Notes under the pieces: model-generated
Seen by the model: only the letters and a program-made list of their open reading frames with translations
Told to the model about the DNA's origin: nothing
Database searches by the model: none
Shown: positions 41,401-53,400 of the stretch, one piece after another
Layout of the letters: each line of letters opens with the position of its first letter
Position numbering within the stretch: position 1 is the first letter of the stretch
Made by a program: the position numbers and the translations under genes
Source: Lytechinus pictus
Lineage: Eukaryota
Direction of reading: 5' to 3'
Length of the DNA stretch: 64,000 nucleotides
NCBI RefSeq assembly: GCF_037042905.1
Contig: NC_087246.1
Span: forward strand, 3,102,001-3,166,000

Positions 41401-44400
41401 TTTTTTTAGGAGATCCAAAATATATATTCGATCAAATTTGTATTCAATGGCTTACAAAGGCACTTGAGTTTTGACTGCATAAATAAATCATCCCATGTGT
41501 GATTCTCTTTGTACAGCACAGCAGCAATGGTTTTATTTTTTTTCAAATTGATCTAACTTTCTTATTTTGGGCTAATACGGGCAACATAAAGGCCTAACTT
41601 TATTCTGGTGACTTTCGTTAATGTGCATGGAGGAAATAAGTATTTTCTATAATAACATATACTTCACTACAATTTACACAAAGTCACAAATTAGAATCTA
41701 TCCATTACTATTTTCATACCAAATGATATTATTCATTGAACCCAATAAATTAGAAAGCCTGTTCAGGGCTCTCTTAACTTTTTTCTTTGGTTGCCAGCTG
41801 GGCAACCTATACCAATTTTTAGGTTTCCAAATGGCATTTTAGGTTGCCATAATGAAGTTCAGGTAATAACTGATGATTGTACACAGAATGTGTGAACCAT
41901 CGATAGCAAACCCCTTCAAAATGTTGCATGGTTCACAAGACCTACATGGTCCTATTATTATTAAATGTAATAATTGAAATTCAGAGAAATCATATTAGAC
42001 CTTGTGAAACCCTTTGTTTTAACCAGCCACTCCTTGATTTAAGATAAGCTCAGAATGCCAAAGGGAGCATTCCAATTTTCACAGAATCGATGAGCAAGGG
42101 AGCGAAGCAAATTGTGTTTTCCTTCAGACAAATAACTACTAGAGACTCTGAGGAAGGTATTTCAAGCTATTTTACTCCTGTGTTTAATATAGTCAACCTA
42201 TGAAAATTATTAATCATAATATGATAACATTATGTGATTTGCTAATTAATCAGTAAATAATTTCATGAAAACTTGGACTTGGCGTCTGCACCATAGACTA
42301 AATTGTTGCTCTGGAAAGCCAGCAGCAAACTTTCAGGTTGTCAAAAACAATTAATAAAAAGATATAAAGAATTGAATGAACTGGGAAAATTGGAATACAT
42401 GCACTATGTATGTTGGCTTGCACAGCTATTTTTTTGAAGAATTTAATGAGTATTGTGAAATTTGAATAGGTGTGTAATTTGGTATTTAATACAAACCATA
42501 GAATCCAGTTCACATGTAATTGTTGCTATGTCAGTCACATCTCTGACAAGCATTCAGGATGCCAAGAGCAGCCATTATTTAGGAAGTATAAAATTTGAAT
42601 ATACGTGAGCACATGTACAAATGTATGTGTTATAGCTGAAGGTATATTTGCAATGTAATCATGTATAAATTAGTTTGAACACTACTTGTTGCTATGCCTG
42701 TCAAGCCTCTGACAATGTTCAGGTTGTCAATAAGCAGCCATTGTTTAAAAAGTATACATGTATGAAATTGGAATACATCATATAATTTTCTTCTCCGAAT
42801 CTTGGTTAGAATCCAGTTTGTAAATTGATGCTATGTCTGTCAAGTCTCTAGCAAGCTCTGACACATTTCAACTTGTCAAGGAAAACTTCTCAATTTCTTA
42901 TCACATCATTGTCAGCCGACATGCATACATGGTCATGACTCAAGTTTGAAGTAGATTCCCCAAACGGATCTACAGTTGTCCAGAGAATGAGATATGTCCA
43001 TACATGCAGTAATGACCTCTATGACCTTTGACCTTTGACCTTGTAACCCCAACGTCTACTCGGATCATTGTCCATCCAATATGAATGTAGGAACCAAGTT
43101 TGAAGTATATCATTCAAACGGTTTTTCAATTATTGCTATATTTCCATGTATAGTAATTTGACCTCTGTGACCATTGACCTCATGATGCGCAAATATAATC
43201 AGATCATTGTCACTCCGATATGTACACATGATTCAAGTTCTTATTACAACTTGGCATTCAAATCTATCCTCAATCTTTAGAAAATGCCATATTTTGAGTT
43301 GCTCATCAATATTCATGAATCTGATATGAATAGGCAATCATGCTCATGAATGCATATTATTAATGAGCAAGATCACACATGTTCATCAAGTAGCAATCAT
43401 TATCAAGGAAAATTTGAAAATATGTCATTTTTCTGGTCTTTTTTAAAAATGAAGATGTAACAACTGCGCAAGTAATTAAAGGCTAGTCCTGAGACCCCTT
43501 TCCACATTCTTGATCTGATAATTTATACTGACGAACAAACTGTTGCGCCCTCTACATTTTGTGCATTCACTAACCATAACAGAAGTGCTATATTATTTCT
43601 ACATAAACTTGCAACACTTTAATTATGTCAAAATTTCAAGCTGTACAGTTCTCACCAAGGACTTAGCCAAACTTTGACAGACAGGCAGTCAATCTCAGAC
43701 CTCATTGGCAGGCAAAATTTTGGCTCAATTGGATCGCATAGCACATGGCTTGATCGAGAACATGTGTTTAGATTTGAGCGATCTTTTAGAGCTGAAACTT
43801 TGTGACAATGCGGTCTTGAAAGATGTTTTTCCTGTTCCCGAAGTTGTTAACTTTGGACTGGAAAAGCATTCTTGCTTGCCGCAAAATTCTGGAGAATTTT
43901 ATTCTCTTTAAGAAAAAAAATATCCGTAATTTTCTTGGTTGCCATCCGGGCAAGGGCAACCATGGCGGGGCTTATAGGTTGCCCGCCTGTAGTTTTGGTT
44001 GCCAATGGCACCCGGGCAACCGCTAATTTCGAGCCCTGCTGTTTTGTACTTTTTGATGGTGTATCACCTTTAGCCAGTCTCAGTGTATTTTTTTTCCCTT
44101 GGTCGATTCACTATGCTTGTGTGATGCACATGGTTTATCAAACATATGTATAAAAAGGGAGGGGGATCAAACTCCATCTCCCCCATTCCATACTGATGAG
44201 GATCACATTTATAAGCAGAACTGTGGATCTCGTTATGTTTTTTGAGAGACCACTGGTCAAATCCCACTCTAAGCCTGTCTTATCTTGGCAATAGCTAGAT
44301 CTGCTATAGACCAAAAGCTTCGGTCTCTGTTATGTTGGTTGTTCCGCTGAACTCCGTTGGCTCCACTCACCAAATACAGAGACCGAAGTTCTAGCTTGAT

Positions 44401-47400
44401 CTGTACAGGGACTCAATGGCCATATGTTTATGTATTAAGTTCGGATAAAACAGGGAAGTGAAGCTGCGCGACAGCCGAAGTAAGTCATTGTTTTTTCCCC
44501 TTTTAAGTTTATTTTTCCCCGTTTTGGTGCATTTCGAGAGCGAGCCGTCTGTGTACGAGGAGAAATTTTAAAAAAAATTAAATTTGTTAAAAACTCCTCG
44601 TAACAGAAGGCTACCAGCTGTCTAGATCTGCTACTGATTTTAATAGTGTTTATATCTTAATTGTTTGGGCCTAGATTACCGCCGAGAAGTTAATATGGCA
44701 TCCGATTTGGGTCGTCTTGCCTGGCAAGACGACCTATATTGATGCCAGCCCCCATGCCTCATACAAAAATTAATTTGGCGCCATTCCAGATAAATTGCAT
44801 CAGCGTGCAATCGAATGACCCAAAAAAGGTGATATGTCAGGATGGCTTGCCGTAAACACATTTTCTCTCAATGCTGACAGTGGTGGGTGGTGTGTAAAGA
44901 AGATCATGCCTACATACTGTAGGACATGCCTGGAGGTGTCTTTCCAAGGACTGTTCTTTGTATCCCCCAAATTGGCTTCGTGAAACAGTTGAGCGATATC
45001 ACATTCTTACGTAGAGCAGTTCTACCAAAGAGTATTTAAAGACCCTTTCATGTAACAGGCCCCAGAGCTCACCCATGGGTGCATCTCTGCCGCCGTGTAC
45101 AGGAAAATTGAAGGCACAGCGCATTCAACAATACTAAACATTTATCGCAAATTTAATAAAAGGATTTACAGAATGAAGTCCTCCTACGAAACTTACCAAA
45201 CGATGTAAAGTCAATTCCTCCTAATATGATGAATATCCCTCAAATAGCGTCATTTAAGCGTTGATTTTTCTTCTCGTTGACAAAATACGGCCCAACCTTG
45301 CGAGTTCTCAAATTTTTCGTCTAATGAGCGAAAGAGGGCACGCGATTTATGTTCATATCAAAGACACTACAAGGGAAAGACTAGACACAAAAACTATCTT
45401 ACACGTAAATCGATGCAAAGCGTTACGCGAAGTCGGCAAAGTGTCCAATCTTTTTACTGTAAAAGACTTTGGTGGAACGTTAATTGACAAATTGCGGGGC
45501 TTCATTCAACGTACAATTTTCTATATCTTTTGTTTAATTTGTCATCGCTTTGAATATTTTCCAAAAAGTATTATCGTCAGCAAAAATAATAAAAAAGTAT
45601 GTTATTGCATTTATTGGTGTCTCTATTTTGTCAAACAATCATTGGAATTGCGTATACAATGAATCAAGAATCTAGTTTTAAAAATACCGACAAGCTGAAT
45701 TAAGGTTGTGACTGTATTTCCTTGGAAGAAACATGCGAAGCCACTGTCCAGGCCGAGGTAAGTGATTTTGCTCTTTTTTGTGTTCTTTTTAAATAAAAAA
45801 ATATGTTAAAAATTGAAAATGGAACGCTTTTCACCAGAAAAAGCCCTGGTGAGTAGCGGAATGGGTTTCGGCTAACATCATTCACGTTATGAAGCGATGT
45901 TAACGACAACTCTAAAATTCATCGCGTAAACACGTTGGTTGTGCGAGGTTAGTATATATACTAATGTAGTACGGGGTTCTGTCAATATCTCATTCCTAGT
46001 TCTCTAAACACAGAGGCAGCCCAGCAGACATGTTGTCAGTTGGATTGGTTAGCCCGCTGTTCTAAAGACTGAGTGGACGGCTGTCCCATTGACTCTGACC
46101 ATGGTGGTTGGTCAGAATCATCCAACATTGGGTGTTGATTTGAGGATTGGGTAGATGATTGCATGGGTTGGGTAGATGACTGTATGGATTGGGTAGACGA
46201 CTGTCCTTTAGACTTCTCTGACCCTGATGGTGGATCAGAGTTGTCTAACCTCTGGGGTTGAATGGATTGGTCTGCAGATTGAGACAATGAGTCTGACCGT
46301 GAAGGTCGATCAGTCTCACTTCTCTCAGGGTGGATTGGTTCTTGAGGTGGAAGCTGAAGATTTTCCACAGGGTGGATGGGAACCTGATCAGCGTGTGTTT
46401 GAGATTTTGCTGACCATGGCATCTCTATCGAAGACTGAGATGCTAAGTGAGATGAAGGAGGAATTTCAGGTTTTGCCTGAGCACTTGAAGGAGGACGAAT
46501 GGATAGATCTTTTTCCTGACTGTCTGAAGAAGGACGAGAGGTAGAAGTCTTTCCTTGAAGATATGCTTTTGACCTGAAAAGTTTGAGCCTATTGTGATGA
46601 ACAAGTTTCTTCACATTTTCATTATGGATGTCGGCAATCTTGTAGTCAAGTTCATCAGGAGAGGATGAGACAATGACAAAAGGTCCCTTCCAGTTAGGCT
46701 CTAATTTATGTCTAGCATTGACGGGATCATGCAACCAAACAAGATCTCCGGGAGTGTACTTGATGGTTCTAGTTGAGACATCATAGTCTTTTTTCTGTCT
46801 AAGTTGAGCTTGGTCTGTCTTCTGCTTGGCATGTTGGAAAGCCTTTCTCAGCCGAGAACATACATCGGTGACGTACTCTTGAGGAGAATCATATGACTGT
46901 GTCATGATAGGACAAGTGATACTAGCCGGGGTCCGTGCTTCACGACCATGCATGACGAAATAGGGTGTCATACCGGTGCTCGAATGAACACTGGTATTGT
47001 AGGCTAGTTGTAGTTGATGTATATGTTTGTCCCAGTCACCTCCCTGATCGGCTATGTACTTTGCAAGCTGTTCCATAATAACTCGGTTCGCTCTCTCGAC
47101 GATACCTGCTCCTTGTGGATGGTATGGAGACGAACGAGATTTGCGGATACTAAGCTTCTTGCAGAGATCTTGAACAAGTCGGGATTCGAATTGTCTTCCT
47201 TGGTCAGTGTGTAACGACTCTGGAACTCCGTGTTCTTTGATGTATTCTTCAAATAGGTGTCTCGCTACAGTCTGGGCGGTCTGGTCTCGCATAGGGTAAA
47301 TATTGGTGTATTTACTAAAGTGATCAACCACGACCAAAATATAGTGGTATCCACTTCTCGAAGTAGGAAGTTCCGCTATATCCGCGAATACAATTTGAAG

Positions 47401-50400
47401 AGGGTGGTCTGTCTTGATGTTCTGAAGTGGAGCTTGGTGCTTTGGGTTCGGTGATCTTATTGACTCACAGGCATGGCAGGTTCTGCAGTAGTTCGTTATA
47501 TCTTTGTGCATGAACGGCCACTAGCACATAGCTTCAGCTCTGTGTAGCGTACGTTGAACTCCGAAGTGTCCAGAAGATGGATTACCATGTATCTCTTCTA
47601 GCACTCGAGGGATGAGAGATTCTGGTACAACTACCTGAAGTGAGGATGTTCCAAAGTTGTCTTGTCGTCGTCGGTATAAGAGACCATTCTGAAGTACAAA
47701 TCTTGGGAGCTGCCATAAAAGACGTCGAAGACGGGGTGATTGTCGTCTTACTTCTCTCACTGTTGGATGATGGTTCTCCTTGATGTACTTGATTATCCTT
47801 TGAATGTCCATGTCATGTTGCTGGTGGTATTGTATATCAGCATGATGGTTAGCAAGGATAAAGTTCTCATTAACTTTGTCATCCATAGAGTCACATGACT
47901 TTGGATTGGTAGATGCTTGGTCGGATTGAAGTGTAGATCGATTTCTCGTAGAGGAGCGTGTGTTTACCATGCTAACAAGGGGTGCTGTCTCTTCTGGCAT
48001 GCGTGACATAGCATCGGCATTACGATTTGCAGTGCCCTTTCTGTGATTCATGGTGAAAGAATATGCATTCAACTCTACGATCCACCTTGCTCTGCGTCCT
48101 GTGGCATCGTCTTGTATCGGAACTTTGCTGTAGGCTAAGAGGGATCGATGATCCGTATGGATTGTGAATTCTTTGCCCCTTAAATAATGCCTGAAATGCC
48201 GAACAGATGAAATTATGGACCATAGTTCTCTGTCATATGTCGACCATTTCTGTTGGGCTGGAGTTAGATTTTTACTGTAGTAAGCAACTACTCGGTCATT
48301 TCCGTCTTGTGACTGAGAGAGTACGGCCCCAATAGCATCTTGTGAAGCGTCGGTCGCCAAACTAAACTTCTTGGCAAAATCCGGATATGCAAGGATTGGT
48401 GGGCTTGTGAGAGAAGACTTCAGTTGGTTGAATGCTTCCTCGCATTCAGCGGTCCAGATAAACTTCTTGCCTTTCTGCGTCAAGTCAGTGAGTGGTGATG
48501 AGACTTGAGCAAAGTTGTGTATGAATCTCTGGTAAAAGGAGGCAAGTCCCAAAAATGATCTAACTTGGGTTGGAGTCGTTGGTCGAGGCCAGGATGACAC
48601 TTTCTTGGTGTTCACTGGGTCGGGGAGAACTCCGTTGGTACTAATCACATGTCCAAGATAGGTTACTTCCTTTCGAAAGAATTGACATTTCGAAGGTTTA
48701 AGCTTGAGGTTAGCATCTCGGAATCGTTGCAATACTTCTTGAAAATTGTGTAGGTGATCTTGAAATGTCTTGCCAAGTATTATGCAATCGTCCAAGTAAA
48801 TGAGGCATATTGACCAATGTAACCCATGGAGAACTGCTTCCATTACTCTCTGGAAAGTCATTGGTGCGTTAACCAAGCCAAAAGGCATGACCTTAAAGTG
48901 GTGGAGTCCAGATCCTGTAGTGAAGGCAGTCTTTTCTCTGTCCCGTGGCTCAACTGGGATCTGCCAATATCCAGATGACAAGTCGATAACGCTAAAATAG
49001 GAAGATGATGCTAAAGCGTCGATGGAATCATCAGAACGTGGGATAGGATGGGAGTCTCTGACTGTGATCGCATTTAATGCTCGGTAGTCTACACAAAACC
49101 TGTAGGTATTGTCTTTTTTTCTCACCATCACAATTGGGTTGGCCAATGGACTGAAGCTTTCCTCAATAATGTCTCGTCTTAGTAGCTCATCGACCTGAGT
49201 CTGTATTTCAACTCTCATAGTAGGTGAAGTTCTGTATGCTCTTTGTCGAACTGGCGTCTCTGTTGTTGTGTTGATTTCATGATAGGCAAAATTAGTCTGT
49301 CCAATATCCTCAGATGTGCTGCTGAAAACATCAGAATAAGAATTGAGTAGACGTTCAGCACTTTCATACTCAGTTTTGGACAGGTTCGAAGTAGGGAGCA
49401 CTGAAGAAATGTCAAGAGGTGAGTTTTCCTGTGTGCCGGCTACAACACCGTCAAGAATTTCATACTCTTCCTCTTTGTCTCCAGTAGTAGAATAGAATTG
49501 CCCGAGCGCAGTGTTTGCTGACAATTCTACCATCTCAGAAGTAGGGTTTATCAGCCTGAGTAAGATGATACCATCTTGTGGTCGAGAAAGGGATCTCGCA
49601 CCCGCAATATTGAGATGTTCATCAATAGAGGGCTCAAATATTCCATTGTAGTCTTGTGGAACTACATCAGGTTGTGGTGATATCAATCGACCTTGAACAT
49701 GCACCTCACTCATTCCAGGGAGAGTTGTCTTTCCAATCAGACAAACATTACATTTGAGTGGTACTTGGTGTTGATGTCGTTCAACAAGTGGAATACTCAT
49801 ACCAGGCATATTGAATGTTGAAGTACGAGCAGAGATGGAGGCATCATGTTGGTCCATGAAATCCCAACCAAGGACGAAAGGGTGAGTTATGTTTCTTGCT
49901 ACTCTGTACAGATGCTTGACTGTCTTGTTTCCAAGATGGATGGTTGGTGAGGTCGTTCCAATAATGTCAATACCTTCTCTGGTTATCGTTGAAGCCAAAG
50001 TTATTGTCTTGTGCAATGGACTTCGCTGGCTCTCTGGGATTGAGTAGTAGAAATCTGCACTCATCAGCGATATAAAGGAACCACTGTCGATGAAAGCTAA
50101 AATATACTTGTTGTCGACAATTGTGGGAATGTATGGCGGTGGAGGTGATGAAGACCTACGATCGACAGTCGAAATAGATGAATGATGACATTCATTTTCG
50201 GTTTGGGTCTGTTTATCAAAGAAGGGTGAAGTTGATGGTCGACCCTTGTCATCAACTATGAGTAGTTTCCCTGGTTGTGATCAAAGTGAACTTTCCTCGA
50301 CTGAGCACTGTTCATCTGACGACAGGGTGATTCTCTCACATCAGAGGGATGGCGGTCATCAGAAAATGAAGGTTGCCAGTTTGGTCGACTTGAGTATCGG

Positions 50401-53400
50401 CTTTGGTAAGGGCTAGTCGATCTGCCATCATAAGTGTTATATATCTGTGTGGACTTGATCGGGAAGGGCTGCGATGAAAGCGTTGAGGGCTTGGTGACCT
50501 AAATTGTCTATGGTGTGGAGAGTATGGACTGGGTGACCGATGATGTCCAGACGACCGATTCCAATGATCATCTGAATTTCGGTACTTCGATCTAGATTGA
50601 TGTTCATGTCGGTTGCGTACAGGGCTTGGTGATCTAGACTGCTTCTGATGCCCATCGTAGTATCGATGTTTGGGTTCAGATTTGTATCCTTCGAATTTCA
50701 GTTCTAGATCGTCTAATCGTTTGATCACTTTCTCCAATAATGCTGAGTTGGGATCAACTCTATTCAGTGAAATTGAAGCTACCGTCTCATCTAGCGGTTG
50801 CCCAACTTGATTGGCTCTTTTGACTCGCACGGCAATGTCTAATGCTTCTGCAAAAGTATTCGCACCCATCTCGTATATCTTTATCTGAAGAGATTTGTCA
50901 ATACCCGCAAGAAATCTGCGATATTTCTCGCCGTCCTTTCCGGCAGCATCATAGTCTGGAAAGGCCTCTTCGACGAGAGTGGCTATTGCTGCTGCAAATA
51001 CTTCTAGGGCCTCGTTTCTATGTCTTTTCCTTGCATCAATGCAAGATTTGAAGGAATTCAGGTAATTTGTATTCCCAAACACCGTCATCAACTTCTTCTT
51101 TACTATGCTATAGTCCTGTTGGTCAGAGGCTGGTATGCTCTCCCATACCGTAAATGCGGTGCCAGCAAGTCTCGATGGAAGAAGAAGGTGAAGCTTCCTC
51201 TCTGCCAGTGGGAGGACTTCGGCAGCAACTTCTAATCTCCTTGCCCATTGACCGAAATTTCGGCCATCTTCTCCAGTGAAGATTTCAGGGAGATCAAGTC
51301 AAAACATGATGGTAGGGCGTTAACAGTGTATAACAGAATACAGCTACATATATGTCAAATTACCATAGATTGACTCTCAACTCGCAAGAGTCAATAATAA
51401 TCACACTCAGCTATCGAAGCAGAAATAGCTCTTGCTAAATGATGGAGGGTGAATGTATGAACAGGAGTTAAATCTTAGTGACTCACCAATATTCAAAAGC
51501 CAGTCTTTAGATACAAGCCTTGACAAACTTGAGAGTGCACATCCAACTAACTATAGAATGTAGAGTACATTCAGTTTTCAACTGCAAACATAGATACAAA
51601 TGTGCATGTAAGTAGCAAGATTGTAGATTAAACTTCAGATCATGAAAATAGAACTCACATTAATGAAGAATTATCATGAAGCAGGATGAAAAATACAATC
51701 AGTAGATGCTTTATGGAAGCTGTATACACAGAAGAAGGGTGTACTGATAATGTATCCACAGAAGAAGGGTGCAGTAAATCACTCGAAGTAGGATGTAAAT
51801 CACTCGAAGGAGGATGTAAATCACTCGAAGTAGGGTGAAAAAATTCAACTATCAGCTGCTGGTGGGTAAAACTGCCTGAAGTTCTGGGGTAGAAGAGCAC
51901 TAGAAAACACCGCTGGCACCAGTGTAGTACGGGGTTCTGTCAATATCTCATTCCTAGTTCTCTAAACACAGAGGCAGCCCAGCAGACATGTTGTCAGGTT
52001 GATAACTTACTGGCCAACTCCCAGTTTTTAATATATTAAAGCCTTGTTGCATTCTAAGCAACATTCCATTCAAATTAGTGAAGGCATATCAATATTCATA
52101 TAAATGTAAATCAATAGAACAAAGTATAACTGAATATTCAAATACACAACAAAAGATATATATTGACTATTCAAACAATATGCAAATTATTATCTAAGCT
52201 TGAGTGCATCAACTTAACATTATAACCAATCAGAAGGAGAGAGGTGGAAGGAGAGGGAGAGAGGAGTGAAGAAAGCTGTATGAAGAATGGTGGAGTGATT
52301 TAATAAAAAAGAACCTTGTGTGAGGAGTGTACAGCAGATAGTGTATAGAGAGCTGTACATAAAGAACAGAAAGTTAGGATGAAAAGGGTGAATATAAATG
52401 AGGGATGTTCTATTAGAAAAAGGGGATGATTCATGAATAAGAGTGGAAAGAAATATAAGTTCAAAATCAATCCCTACACTAACCTCGCAATACGTGTGAG
52501 TGATATCTAACAAACATTGATTCTTGAATCAAATTTCATTTGTGAAAAGAGTAAGACATTTTAGAGCAAAAAATATTGCAGAAAAGCTTAACATGTTGAA
52601 TTTTGGGCAGGTTACGCTTATTCTTCCTATCTCCCTTTCTCTCTTCTTGATCAATATCTTTCCTTTTCTTTTTCTGGAAAAAGTTTGATGAATTATACCG
52701 CGACACTACAACTGCAGCTCCTCCATTATAATAATTTATATAGATCTAGCGCAAAATAATCAAGACTCTCTATATAGACTCTATTAAATTACTAAATTAT
52801 ACATTAAACCTTATCTAAATTATCCAATAAACCTAAACGCTTTTCAACAGAAAAAGCCCTGCCCCTGGTGAGTAGCGGAATGAGTTTCGGCTAACAATTT
52901 TAACATTATTCCCGTTATGAAGCGATTTTAACCGACAACTGAAAAATCCATTGAGTAAACACACACGTTTGTACTGCATGTACTGTGTCACGACTCACCG
53001 AGTTCAGAGTTCATTTGACTTCGGAAATTGCCATGCATGGCAGCTGATCCGAGACAGTCAACAGTAACACTTGGCCTCAGCCCACCCAAGGGTACATGCC
53101 GCCGCGCACAGAAAAATCAAGCCATAGATTGATAGAAGTCGTGTGTTGTGGACACCAGAGAAGTGAGATCCCCGCACTCGCGACCCACTAGTTTATAGTT
53201 AGAAATCCACTGCCAAACGCGGTTCATGGTCAGGATGGTGCGAGGTTAGTATACCGTACTAATAGTATTATACTAACCTCGCAATATGTGTGAGTGGGCC
53301 TCAGCCATGACACTGTGATGTCCAGCGTGATTTGAAGTGCAGCGCAGCTCAGCGCTGACCACTCCTAGTACCAATGAGGTCCAAACATTAACATGTATGG

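Larger units (their letters stand above)
45965..52478 (-). mobile_element. Ty3/Gypsy LTR retrotransposon, near full length, defective, with 3' LTR mostly deleted
   Basis: 5' LTR 51923-52478 (TGTAG...CTACA). Only 75 bp of the 3' LTR remain (45965-46039, identical to 51923-51997). 4-bp TSD CTAA at 45961-45964 and 52479-52482. PBS TGGTGCCAGCGGTG (tRNA-Leu-like) at 51921-51908. Order gag, PR, RT, RH, IN. Confidence 0.95.

Noticed and set aside
47521..47523. Programmed stop readthrough within pol
   Set aside because: The TAG replaces the Tyr of the conserved YWP motif inside integrase, and the element has other lesions. A simple nonsense mutation is more likely.
46227..51235. Several short plus-strand ORFs overlapping the Gypsy
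   Set aside because: Antisense shadows of gag/pol with no recognisable domains.
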